Source of the DNA: Bacteroidales bacterium
GTDB lineage: Bacteria > Bacteroidota > Bacteroidia > Bacteroidales > UBA7960
DNA: 64,000 nt
Assembly: GCA_003550725.1 (NCBI GenBank)
Contig: PUKZ01000144.1
Coordinates: forward strand, 2,502-66,501
Reading direction: 5' to 3'
The notes under the pieces were generated by a model, which did no database searches, was not told the origin of the DNA, and saw only the letters and a program-made list of their open reading frames with translations. The position numbers and the translations under genes are program-made. Positions within the stretch are counted from its first letter, which is position 1, and every line of letters starts with the position of its first letter. Of the stretch, positions 19,661-28,887 are shown in pieces.

Positions 19661-20470
19661 TTAATCAAACACATTTTTAATAACATCAATAAATTCATTA
19701 TATATTAAATTATTGGTCGCAACAATCTCTTTTCCGAAAATATAGTCATTACTACCTGAAAAATCGGCTACCATTCCACCGGCCTGTTGGACTATAAAAG
19801 CACCTGCAGCAACATCCCAGGGCTTTAAACTATATTCAAAAAAACCATCAAACCGGCCACAGGCCACATAAGCCAAATCTACGGCAGCCGACCCAAATCG
19901 CCTGACTCCACGAGAGTTTCTCAGGCAATACATAAAAACTTCCATATACTTTTCCAAACGGGAATAGTCAAAATAAGGAAATCCTGTTGCCAGTAAAGAG
20001 TCATTAAGAGTATTAGACTGCGAAACATTTATCTCCCGGCCGTTGAGATAAGCTTTGCCATTACCCCAACTATAGAACATCTCATCACGATTAATCTCAT
20101 AAACAATACCAAGCAATGTTTTACCTTCTTCACAAAGAGCTATACTAATACTAAAACATGGCACACCGTGAATAAAATTGGTAGTACCGTCAAGAGGATC
20201 AACAATCCATGTATATTTTTTGTCTTCACGGTTCACTGTATTCTCTTCAGCCAAAAAACCAACATCAAACGGCAATAATTTATGTAAGCCCTTAGTAAGC
20301 TGCTTTTCGGCACTTTTATCCACATGTGTCACAAAGTCATGAAGCCCTTTGGATTTTACATCTTTTTGATCAATTTCTTCCATTTCCCGTAGTATCCATT
20401 GACCTGTATCCTTGCAAAGTGATATGACGTCACTACACAATTTTTCGAGACAAAATAACTTTTCATTCAT
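19661..20470 (-). CDS. inositol monophosphatase family protein
   Basis: IMPase motifs WIVDPLDGTTNF and WDVAAG. Confidence 0.85.
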   Translation of the reverse strand: MNEKLFCLEKLCSDVISLCKDTGQWILREMEEIDQKDVKSKGLHDFVTHVDKSAEKQLTKGLHKLLPFDVGFLAEENTVNREDKKYTWIVDPLDGTTNFIHGVPCFSISIALCEEGKTLLGIVYEINRDEMFYSWGNGKAYLNGREINVSQSNTLNDSLLATGFPYFDYSRLEKYMEVFMYCLRNSRGVRRFGSAAVDLAYVACGRFDGFFEYSLKPWDVAAGAFIVQQAGGMVADFSGSNDYIFGKEIVATNNLIYNEFIDVIKNVFD

Positions 20471-20481
20471 AATATGATACT

Positions 20482-21783
20482 TTATATAAAATTACACTCA
20501 AACTGCATGTCTTCTTTTTTATAATCAACCAGGTAAACTTTTTTTATAACATTTTCAATCGCAGGTTCATAAGGTGTTTTTACCCTGACATAATTTGGAG
20601 TAAAACCCGATATAAATCCGTTTTTTGTTTTTTGTTCAAATAATACATCTGTTTTTTCCCCTTTGTTAATATCATAAAAAGCTATAAGCTTATCTTTTGA
20701 CAATTTCTTAAGCTCAATGCTTCGAAGTTTTTTTTGCTCCAAACAAACCTTATTGATAAATTTTGACGCCGGGGTATTTTCCCTCTCACTGTAGGTAAAA
20801 ACATGTAAATATGATACGGGAAGATTTTCTATAAACCACTTGGTAGCATAAAAATCTTCACGTGTTTCTGCAGGGAAACCGGCTATCACATCAACTGCAA
20901 CACACGCCAGGGGCATCATTTTTTTTATTTTTTCGACTTTTGAAGCAAAAAGTTTAGTATCGTAATTTCTTTTCATCTCTTTAAGAACTTTATCTGACCC
21001 CGATTGCAAGGGAATATGAAAATGAGGCATAATCTTTTTCGAATCGGCTACCAATTCAATTATTTCATTTTCAAGCAAATCAGGTTCAATTGAAGACAAC
21101 CTGATTCGTTCGATATTATCAATTTTATCAATTTCCTTCAATAATTCAAAAAAATTTTCATTATGGCTTTTTCCGAAATCACCGATATTCACCCCGGTCA
21201 ATACAAGCTCTTTAACCTTTTTTTGGGTGATTTTTTTTATTTTCAAAAGAGTACCTTCTATATTATCACTGCGACTTCTGCCTCTTGCCATAGGTACAAT
21301 GCAATAAGTACATTTGTAATCGCATCCATCCTGTATTTTAAAAAAAGTGCGTGTGCGATCACCACTTGAGCAGGAAGATATAAATTGATTAAGCTTTGAA
21401 ATTTTGCCGGATTTGGGTATAATGCCATCACGCCTGTATTTATCAATATAATCAAACAACTCAAATTTCTCCTTATTGCCTAAAACAATATCAACTTTAT
21501 CCATTTTGGATAATTGTTCATGTTTTAGCTGTGAAAAACAGCCGATTACAGCAATTTTTCCCTTAGGATTTTGCCGCTTAGCACGGTTAATTAATTCCCG
21601 GCATTTCTTTTCAGCATTATTAGTCACTGAACAAGAGTTGATTACGTAAAAATCAGCTTGGTCTGTAAAGTCTACATGTGTAAATTTATCGTCGTTGGCA
21701 AAATCGCGCTTTATGGTAGAAGTTTCAGAAAAATTTAACTTGCAACCTAATGTATGAAATGCAATTTTTAATCTTTTTGTCAT
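20482..21783 (-). CDS. mtaB: tRNA methylthiotransferase MtaB (radical SAM)
   Basis: N-terminal TLGCKLNFSET, radical-SAM CDYKCTYC and a C-terminal TRAM-like region. The ~430 aa size fits MtaB rather than MiaB/RimO. Confidence 0.85.
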   Translation of the reverse strand: MTKRLKIAFHTLGCKLNFSETSTIKRDFANDDKFTHVDFTDQADFYVINSCSVTNNAEKKCRELINRAKRQNPKGKIAVIGCFSQLKHEQLSKMDKVDIVLGNKEKFELFDYIDKYRRDGIIPKSGKISKLNQFISSCSSGDRTRTFFKIQDGCDYKCTYCIVPMARGRSRSDNIEGTLLKIKKITQKKVKELVLTGVNIGDFGKSHNENFFELLKEIDKIDNIERIRLSSIEPDLLENEIIELVADSKKIMPHFHIPLQSGSDKVLKEMKRNYDTKLFASKVEKIKKMMPLACVAVDVIAGFPAETREDFYATKWFIENLPVSYLHVFTYSERENTPASKFINKVCLEQKKLRSIELKKLSKDKLIAFYDINKGEKTDVLFEQKTKNGFISGFTPNYVRVKTPYEPAIENVIKKVYLVDYKKEDMQFECNFI

Positions 21784-22041
21784 GCCTATATAACGGTTAT
21801 TTGCAAAATTAACAATTTATCTGATCTTGGTTACCAGTCAATATTAATTCACCAAATATTTATAAAACATTAATATAAAATAAAGTTTAAAATCGGTTTT
21901 TTGAGATAAATCAAAAAATATTATGTTTATTCGGCATTATTTAACAAACTAATTTTGTTAAATAAATAAAAAATATTGTAACTTGGCAGAATTAAATAAA
22001 TTTCATGAACACGGTATAAAAATAAAACTAATCACTTTCTG

Positions 22042-22863
22042 ATGAAGAAGCACATTTTACTTTTATTAATATTTTTTATTGTTGTCGGGTCTGTTTTTTC
22101 GGCTAATGATAATTATCCATTCGGTGGCCGTTCGGCAGGCATGGCAAATGCAGCTGTAACACTATATGATTTTTGGGCTGTTAGCCATAACCAGGCCGGC
22201 ATTGCACTTGAAGACAATATGGCAGCAGGATTTTATTATGAAAACCGTTTTGGATTAAAAGAGCTTGGTTTAGGTGCAGGGGCTTTTGTTTTACCGACAG
22301 ATGCAGGTAATTTTGGACTCAATTTTACCTATTTCGGCTACTCACAATATAATGAATCAAAAGTCGGGCTTGCTTATGCCCGAAATTTTGGAGAGAATCT
22401 ATCTGCGGGGTTGCAATTGAATTACCTTTCAACAAGTATAGCAGAAGACTATGGCAGTCAGGCTAATTTTACTTTTGAATTAGGAGCTATTTATCAACTG
22501 ATTGATAACTTTTATGTGGGGGCTCACCTCTATAATCCCGTTAAAGCAAAAATTGGTGATTATGATGATGAAAGGATTCCTACAATATTGCGCTTTGGCA
22601 TGTCTTATCTATTTTCAGAACGTGTAATGGTTATCCTGGAAACCGAAAAAGACATTAACCAACCCTATAATTTTAAACTTGGCATCGAATATCATATTAC
22701 CGATCCGGTTTATATTCGTGGCGGAATTGGAACAGATAACAATCAAAATGCTTTTGGAGCAGGTATTCTTTTCAGTAATTTCAGAATTGATCTGGCTGCT
22801 TCTTACCACAACGTGTTGGGTTATTCACCGCAGTTCAGCATGATATATGAATTTCAACAATAA
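22042..22863 (+). CDS. small outer-membrane beta-barrel protein (PorV/PorQ/FadL-like)
   Basis: Signal peptide, the GGRSAGMANAAV...NQAGIA motif seen in PorV/PorQ-type barrels, and an alternating aromatic strand pattern. Confidence 0.4.
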   Translation: MKKHILLLLIFFIVVGSVFSANDNYPFGGRSAGMANAAVTLYDFWAVSHNQAGIALEDNMAAGFYYENRFGLKELGLGAGAFVLPTDAGNFGLNFTYFGYSQYNESKVGLAYARNFGENLSAGLQLNYLSTSIAEDYGSQANFTFELGAIYQLIDNFYVGAHLYNPVKAKIGDYDDERIPTILRFGMSYLFSERVMVILETEKDINQPYNFKLGIEYHITDPVYIRGGIGTDNNQNAFGAGILFSNFRIDLAASYHNVLGYSPQFSMIYEFQQ

Positions 22864-22880
22864 TTAATTATGAGTATATT

Positions 22881-25022
22881 ATGATAAAGGGATTTATGCA
22901 ATATATTATTTTTTTTTCAATAACATTTGTATTCCTTTTTTTTAATACATTTTTATATCAAGCACATTCACAGCAAGATACCATTCCATATATCAGGGAT
23001 AATGGTTTGGATATCAGTGAAGAGGATTTTTATCAACGCATAGAAAGTTTGATTGAAGGCTTTGATGAAGATGTTGATGTTGATTTAAGCGAATTGATCA
23101 GGGAGCTTGAGCATTTCGCACAAAACCCGCTTAACCTTAACTTTGCCGGCCAAGAAGATTTGCAGCGTTTCTTTTTTCTTAATGATCTTCAGATAAGGAA
23201 TTTACTTAACCATATAGCTTTATATGGAGGTCTGATTTCGATTTTTGAATTACAGGCTATTGAGAAATGGGATATGGAAACAATTGAGCTGATAAGACCA
23301 TTTGTAATGGTTGATGAAGAGCAACCATTACGTCATTTTGCTTTTGATGATATGATGCGCGAGGGACGAAGCCAGCTGTTTGTTCGTTACCAGCAATTTC
23401 TTGAGGAACAAAAAGGTTATTCAGCAATTTGTCCTGACGAACTGGAACAAAATCCAAATGCACGTTATCTGGGAAGCCCTTTCATGCTATACTCACAATA
23501 CCGTTTCACCTATTACAACAACTTAAGCCTTGGATTTACGGCACAGAAGCGACCGGGCGAACAATTTTTTCAAGGCAGCCAACCTTATGGTTTTGAATTT
23601 TATTCGGGACACTTCTTTATGCGGGATTTTGGTCGATTAAAATCACTGGCTATAGGTGATTTTCAAGCTCAATTTGGGCAAGGCCTTGCTTTGTGGTCAA
23701 ATCTATCGTTTGGCAAAAGCTATGATGCAATTAACACCAAGAAAAATCCCCTGGGTTTAAGACAATACACTTCTACTGAGAGAAACCAATTTTTTCGGGG
23801 TATTGGATCAACTTTTAGCTTAGGCTCATTCGAAATAACCGGTTTTGTATCATATAAAAAACTTGATGCCAGTATTCTTGAATATGACACATTGAACAAA
23901 GAAGTGGTATCAATCTCCAGCCTCGGCACAACAGGTAATGCCCGGCTACCCCGTGAAGTAAACATGAGAAGAACAGTTGACGAAACTGTATTTGGCGGAA
24001 ATGTGACTTATAAAAAATCAAATTTCTCAATCGGCACAACAGCCTACAGGTATCAGCTAGGTGCAGAATTGAACAGAGAACTATCTTTTTATAACAAATT
24101 CGATTTTATTGGCCAGTCAAAAACCAACATGAGTCTTGATTATAATTATATTTTCCGTAATTTTAATGTTTTTGGTGAATTTGCTGTTAGTGAAAACGGT
24201 GGTTATGCTATACTAAATGGTATTATGGCAAGCATTGACCCAAGGCTTTCGGTTTCCGTTTTACACAGGCACATTACAAAAGATTATCAAACTCTTATGG
24301 GTAATGCTTTTACTGAAAACACAAGGGTTGTTAACGAAAGGGGGTTATATTTTGGCTTAAATGCCAGGCTTTCAAGAGAATGGTCAATTTACGCCTATGC
24401 TGATCACTTTTATTTCCCATGGATGAAATATCGCACTTATGCACCATCTCGCGGACATGATTACCTGGGGCAAGTAAGTTATAGTCCGTCAAGATCTATA
24501 GATATGTATTTAAGATACAGAAACAGAAATAAACCTCTTAACTCACCGGGCAACCCAAGAATCAGGTATTTAGATGATGTTATAAGGCAAAATGTCAGAT
24601 TCCATATCAGCTATGATGTTTCTGATGCATTCACATTCAGAAACCGTGTAGAATTTATTGATTTCAAGCATGGTATCAACCACCAACAAGGTTATATGCT
24701 TTATCACGATATAATTTACCGTACTATGTCCAGTCCATGGGCAATAACATTAAGATATGCCCTTTATGATACTGATGGGTACGATTCAAGGATCTATGTA
24801 TATGAAAATAATGTACTTTATGCTTTTGGCTTTCCTTTTTACTCAGATAAAGGCTCAAGATCATACTTGTTGTTTAGATACAAGCTCACTCATAACATTG
24901 ATATCTGGGGCAGGTATGCTTATACATTCTATACAAATCGCGAATATTCCGGTACAGGCCTGGATAAAATTGATGGTAATACCAGGAGCGAAATAACCGC
25001 CCAGGTGAGATTAAGGTTTTAA
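22881..25022 (+). CDS. helix-hairpin-helix (ComEA-like) domain fused to a large outer-membrane beta-barrel
   Basis: Signal/TM segment, then two HhH-like motifs (NLNFAGQEDLQRFFFLNDLQIRNLLNHI; FELQAIEKWDMETIELIRPFV). A ~550 aa Y/F/R-rich strand region follows and ends in a terminal Phe (VRLRF). Confidence 0.6.
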   Translation: MIKGFMQYIIFFSITFVFLFFNTFLYQAHSQQDTIPYIRDNGLDISEEDFYQRIESLIEGFDEDVDVDLSELIRELEHFAQNPLNLNFAGQEDLQRFFFLNDLQIRNLLNHIALYGGLISIFELQAIEKWDMETIELIRPFVMVDEEQPLRHFAFDDMMREGRSQLFVRYQQFLEEQKGYSAICPDELEQNPNARYLGSPFMLYSQYRFTYYNNLSLGFTAQKRPGEQFFQGSQPYGFEFYSGHFFMRDFGRLKSLAIGDFQAQFGQGLALWSNLSFGKSYDAINTKKNPLGLRQYTSTERNQFFRGIGSTFSLGSFEITGFVSYKKLDASILEYDTLNKEVVSISSLGTTGNARLPREVNMRRTVDETVFGGNVTYKKSNFSIGTTAYRYQLGAELNRELSFYNKFDFIGQSKTNMSLDYNYIFRNFNVFGEFAVSENGGYAILNGIMASIDPRLSVSVLHRHITKDYQTLMGNAFTENTRVVNERGLYFGLNARLSREWSIYAYADHFYFPWMKYRTYAPSRGHDYLGQVSYSPSRSIDMYLRYRNRNKPLNSPGNPRIRYLDDVIRQNVRFHISYDVSDAFTFRNRVEFIDFKHGINHQQGYMLYHDIIYRTMSSPWAITLRYALYDTDGYDSRIYVYENNVLYAFGFPFYSDKGSRSYLLFRYKLTHNIDIWGRYAYTFYTNREYSGTGLDKIDGNTRSEITAQVRLRF

Positions 25023-25144
25023 TAATAATTCAAAAAAAAATAACCTTGACAGAATAAAAAAGATTATTAGTTTTACACTGTTTTTTTGCAGTTATGAGAA
25101 TTACAAACCAATAAATTATTTAATAATTTAAAACAAAGTGATTT

Positions 25145-26665
25145 ATGATTTATTTGTGGATTGTTTTGGGTTATCTCGCATTGTTGATGGGCATTTCCAT
25201 ATTTAAGAGTTATGCTATTAAAAATCAGAGTGATTTTATGGTAGCAGGTCGTTCTGTATCTACTTCCCGTTTAGTGGGCACTCTTCTTTGTACATGGATG
25301 GGTTCGGGCAGTTTATTGGCAGGTGCCGGTTTAGCTGCCAATGTTGGTTTTTCGGCCTTATGGATGGCAGCTGGTGCATGGATAGGTATTATTATTGTTT
25401 TTTTCCTTGCTGCACGCGTTCGCCGAATAGCTGAGTTTACGGTTCCTGATATTCTGGAACTACGTTATAATAAATACGCCCGCATACTAGGTACTATTGT
25501 TATTATAATTGCTTATACAACAATTGTTGGTTATCAGTTTCGTGCCGGGGGCTTTGTGCTCGACCTGGTAGCCGGCATACCTGAGTGGCAGGGGGTATTA
25601 CTCACGGCCGGTTTCATCGTAGCTTTTACTGCATTTGCAGGTATGCTGTCAATAGTGTCGGTAGATATAATAAACGGTGCAGTAATAACCCTGGCCGTAA
25701 TAATAGCAGTACCTTTAGTTTTCTACCATATAGGTGGTTCAGAACACCTGACAGCAACTTTAGATGCTTCGCATTTTGCTATCTTCGGCGAAAATAACTT
25801 TTTCTGGGCAATGGGTATTTTCTTGCCTCCATTCTTTTTGCTTTTGGGAGAATCAAATATGTACCAGAAATTCTTTTCAGCAAAAAATGAAAAATCAGCA
25901 AAAAACTCTGTATTATTGTGGGTTATTGGTACAATTATAGTTGAAACAGCTCTTGCATCACTTGCAATTTTCGCTTTCAGCCATTTTAATAATTTGCCTG
26001 AAATTGCTGATACCTTTCTATCAAGCGGAGACAGGGAGCGTGTAATTTTGCATACAGCACGATATAGCACGGAAGTAGGGCTTCCCGTATGGGCAGGCCT
26101 TTTGCTGTTTTGCGCTTCAGTAGCTATTATAACATCTACCGGTAATAGCTTTTTGCTAACTCCATCAACTAATATAACCCGTGATATCTATCAGAGGTTT
26201 ATCAGTCCATCAGCTACATACAAAAAAGTGGTTCTGTTTCAAAGAATAATGGTGATACTGCTTGGGGTGCTGGCTTACTTTATACTTACTCAATTTGAAA
26301 CAATTCTGGCTATGGCGCTTACCGCCTACACTATGGTGGGGGCAGGACTAACCCCGGCATTGCTAGCTGCATTCCTGTGGAAACGGGTTACAATAGCAGG
26401 TGGTGTGGCATCAATAGCAACAGGAATGGGCCTTACACTAATAATAACCATCGCTAATTCAGTATTGACCAATTTATACGGGTACCAGCTGCTGGATGAA
26501 CAATATATTATTCTTCCGGCTGCAATAGCATCTATATTAGTTTTGATAATTGTATCGCTAAATACTCCTCAAGATCCAAAATCAAAATACGAAAGATTTT
26601 ATACTAAAGACACCTCTTTAGCCGAAGCTATGGAAAAGGTAAAACAAAGCGATGAAAAAAAATAA
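25145..26665 (+). CDS. sodium:solute symporter (SSF) family transporter
   Basis: 506 aa with ~13 TM helices and an SSF-like N-terminal region (FMVAGRSVS...). The substrate cannot be called. Confidence 0.8.
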   Translation: MIYLWIVLGYLALLMGISIFKSYAIKNQSDFMVAGRSVSTSRLVGTLLCTWMGSGSLLAGAGLAANVGFSALWMAAGAWIGIIIVFFLAARVRRIAEFTVPDILELRYNKYARILGTIVIIIAYTTIVGYQFRAGGFVLDLVAGIPEWQGVLLTAGFIVAFTAFAGMLSIVSVDIINGAVITLAVIIAVPLVFYHIGGSEHLTATLDASHFAIFGENNFFWAMGIFLPPFFLLLGESNMYQKFFSAKNEKSAKNSVLLWVIGTIIVETALASLAIFAFSHFNNLPEIADTFLSSGDRERVILHTARYSTEVGLPVWAGLLLFCASVAIITSTGNSFLLTPSTNITRDIYQRFISPSATYKKVVLFQRIMVILLGVLAYFILTQFETILAMALTAYTMVGAGLTPALLAAFLWKRVTIAGGVASIATGMGLTLIITIANSVLTNLYGYQLLDEQYIILPAAIASILVLIIVSLNTPQDPKSKYERFYTKDTSLAEAMEKVKQSDEKK

Positions 26666-26694
26666 TTTTAGTATATATTAAAACCTGATTTAAT

Positions 26695-26742
26695 AACCCC
26701 TCTCAAGCTTTAAAAAAAAAATTTGAGAGGGGTTATTTTTTT
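26695..26742 (+). terminator. rho-independent terminator between the convergent SSF and rtcB genes
   Basis: Perfect 12 bp stem aacccctctcaa / ttgagaggggtt (26695-26706 and 26723-26734), followed by a T run (26736-26742). Confidence 0.75.
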
Positions 26743-26915
26743 CCGATAACTATACCTCAAATAACATTTGCTGATTTTGCTCTAAGTGATTTGCCAGTAA
26801 GCCGGCCGGAAAAACTTATCTTCACATAATGACATTACCTGTTTATTATGATTGATTAATAAACTGAAAAGATTTAGAATAATTTTGATTATCGGCTTGA
26901 CATGGTTAATTATAT

Positions 26916-28085
26916 TTAACCTTTAACAACTGCCAGTGGTTTAAGCTCCAATAACACCTCTACCAGGTCTTTCTGCAAATTCATTACCTTATCGATATTT
27001 TTGTATGCGCTTGCAGCTTCATCCAAATCTTTTTGTGATCTGATAGAGTGGATGATATCTTTTTCATTAAGCTTTTTCATTTCTATTTTAAGGTCAAGGC
27101 TTCGTATAGCCTCTTTACGCCCCATTAATCTTCCGGCTCCATGAGAGCAGCTTTCAAAGCTATCTTTATTACCTTTGCCTTTTACTATATAACTGTTTGC
27201 TCCCTGGCTGCCGGGAACAATCCCTATTGTATCTTTACCTGCATAAGTAGCTCCCTTACGATGTACAATCACTTCTGTTTTGAAATGTTCTTCAGTTGCA
27301 GCATAGTTATGAGCAATGTTTATAACCGGAGCCGTTCGGAAGTTATTACCAAAAGTATTTTCAAAAACTTCAATGATTTTATTCATCATTAATTTGCGAT
27401 TGGCATATGCAAAATCAACACAATAATTCATCTCTTTATAATAAAGTTGAGCCTCATCACTATCAAAAGGTAAATAAGCTAACTGGAATTTCTTTGGCAG
27501 TTGACTTTTCCATTTCTCATTAAGCTTAACAGCCAGTTTATTATAATAATCGGCAACCTGCTTACCTATATTTCGGCTTCCCGAATGTACCATCACCCAT
27601 ATCATATTATCCGAACCTTTCTGTATTTCAATAAAATGATTTCCTCCTCCAAGCGTGCCAAGTTGATAAGTAGCCCTGTCGTATTCACGCCTGACAACAT
27701 TGAGTTCATCTATTTTGTAGCCCGATGGCATATATTCATATTTTTGAGGTTTTTTATGATGTTTAAATCCTAAAGGTATTCTCATGCGAATATCATTAAG
27801 TAGTTTAATAAGAGTTTTCCTGTTTAACTGCTTTAATGATGTTTGAACCGCACACATACCACATCCAATATCAACACCAACTGCATTAGGAATAATAACA
27901 TCGCGCGTTGCAAGAACAGCACCGATCGGCATCCCAAATCCTTTATGACAATCAGGCATCAATGCAATATGTTTAAAAGCAAAAGGCAGGTTAGCCAAAT
28001 TTTTAGCCTGTTCCATTGCACCTTCTTCAATCTCATCAATCCACATTTTTATCGGAATAGGTTCAGTTGTAATCACTTTTTCCAT
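26916..28085 (-). CDS. rtcB: RNA ligase RtcB
   Basis: Motifs GVDIGCGM, HSGSRNIG and SCSHGAGR, at 389 aa. Confidence 0.9.
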   Translation of the reverse strand: MEKVITTEPIPIKMWIDEIEEGAMEQAKNLANLPFAFKHIALMPDCHKGFGMPIGAVLATRDVIIPNAVGVDIGCGMCAVQTSLKQLNRKTLIKLLNDIRMRIPLGFKHHKKPQKYEYMPSGYKIDELNVVRREYDRATYQLGTLGGGNHFIEIQKGSDNMIWVMVHSGSRNIGKQVADYYNKLAVKLNEKWKSQLPKKFQLAYLPFDSDEAQLYYKEMNYCVDFAYANRKLMMNKIIEVFENTFGNNFRTAPVINIAHNYAATEEHFKTEVIVHRKGATYAGKDTIGIVPGSQGANSYIVKGKGNKDSFESCSHGAGRLMGRKEAIRSLDLKIEMKKLNEKDIIHSIRSQKDLDEAASAYKNIDKVMNLQKDLVEVLLELKPLAVVKG

Positions 28086-28217
28086 AATTTTGAAATTATT
28101 TTCTATTTATTCAGCCATTTTAAAACATTATTAAAACACAAAAATAGCAAGTAATATTATACGTTAATATCACTGTCATTTAATATTACTTATTATTAAC
28201 CTTGCTTTCTTTTTTAT

Positions 28218-28811
28218 ATGATGGAATCATGTGTAAAACCACCTGTACTTTTTAATGGATGGAAACATCACTTAGGTTATGTATGCAAGGTTACTGTCGA
28301 ATTTAGTGCTTATACCGATATCCCGGCAAAAAATATATTCAAAGAACTTAAAGCCATAGGAAACTCTCAATTTGATTTATACACCGGTAAATATTGTGAG
28401 GCAGAAATCAGGGAAAAAATTATTGAACACCTTAATAAAAATAATATTTCAAACAAATCAAATTACTTCAATTGGATTGAATCAGAAAACAAAAGATTTA
28501 AAACCGTTGCCATAGGTGATGGTTCAATTTGGACTATGTTAAGGGGAAATATCAAGTCATATTACATACATATTCATCCTGCCAGGTATTCACCTCACAC
28601 AATGAGGGTAAAAGCCAATCCATGGAAGTCTGCCATAGCAAGCCTGATTTACACACAAATGGACAAAAAAAAGGCATGTGATCCTGAAATAATAAACAAA
28701 TCGCGTCAATTGCTTGCAGGGCTGGAAGCTATTCATGAAAAGTTTGACCACACAATCATTGACTTAATAGATATTATTTCCAATAAATATAATGACTTGC
28801 CAATGGAATGA
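28218..28811 (+). CDS. hypothetical protein, divergent from rtcB
   Basis: 197 aa ORF with normal composition and no recognisable motif. Confidence 0.45.
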   Translation: MMESCVKPPVLFNGWKHHLGYVCKVTVEFSAYTDIPAKNIFKELKAIGNSQFDLYTGKYCEAEIREKIIEHLNKNNISNKSNYFNWIESENKRFKTVAIGDGSIWTMLRGNIKSYYIHIHPARYSPHTMRVKANPWKSAIASLIYTQMDKKKACDPEIINKSRQLLAGLEAIHEKFDHTIIDLIDIISNKYNDLPME

Positions 28812-28887
28812 CCTGTTGTTTTTATTAATCAGCAAAACAAAAAACCGTAAAACACATATAAGACAGCAATTAATACAACCGGGCAAA

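Noticed and set aside
25723-26070. 115 aa minus-strand ORF (and 25585-25797 on the plus strand, in another frame)
   Set aside because: It lies inside the SSF transporter gene and is an antisense/alternate-frame artefact.
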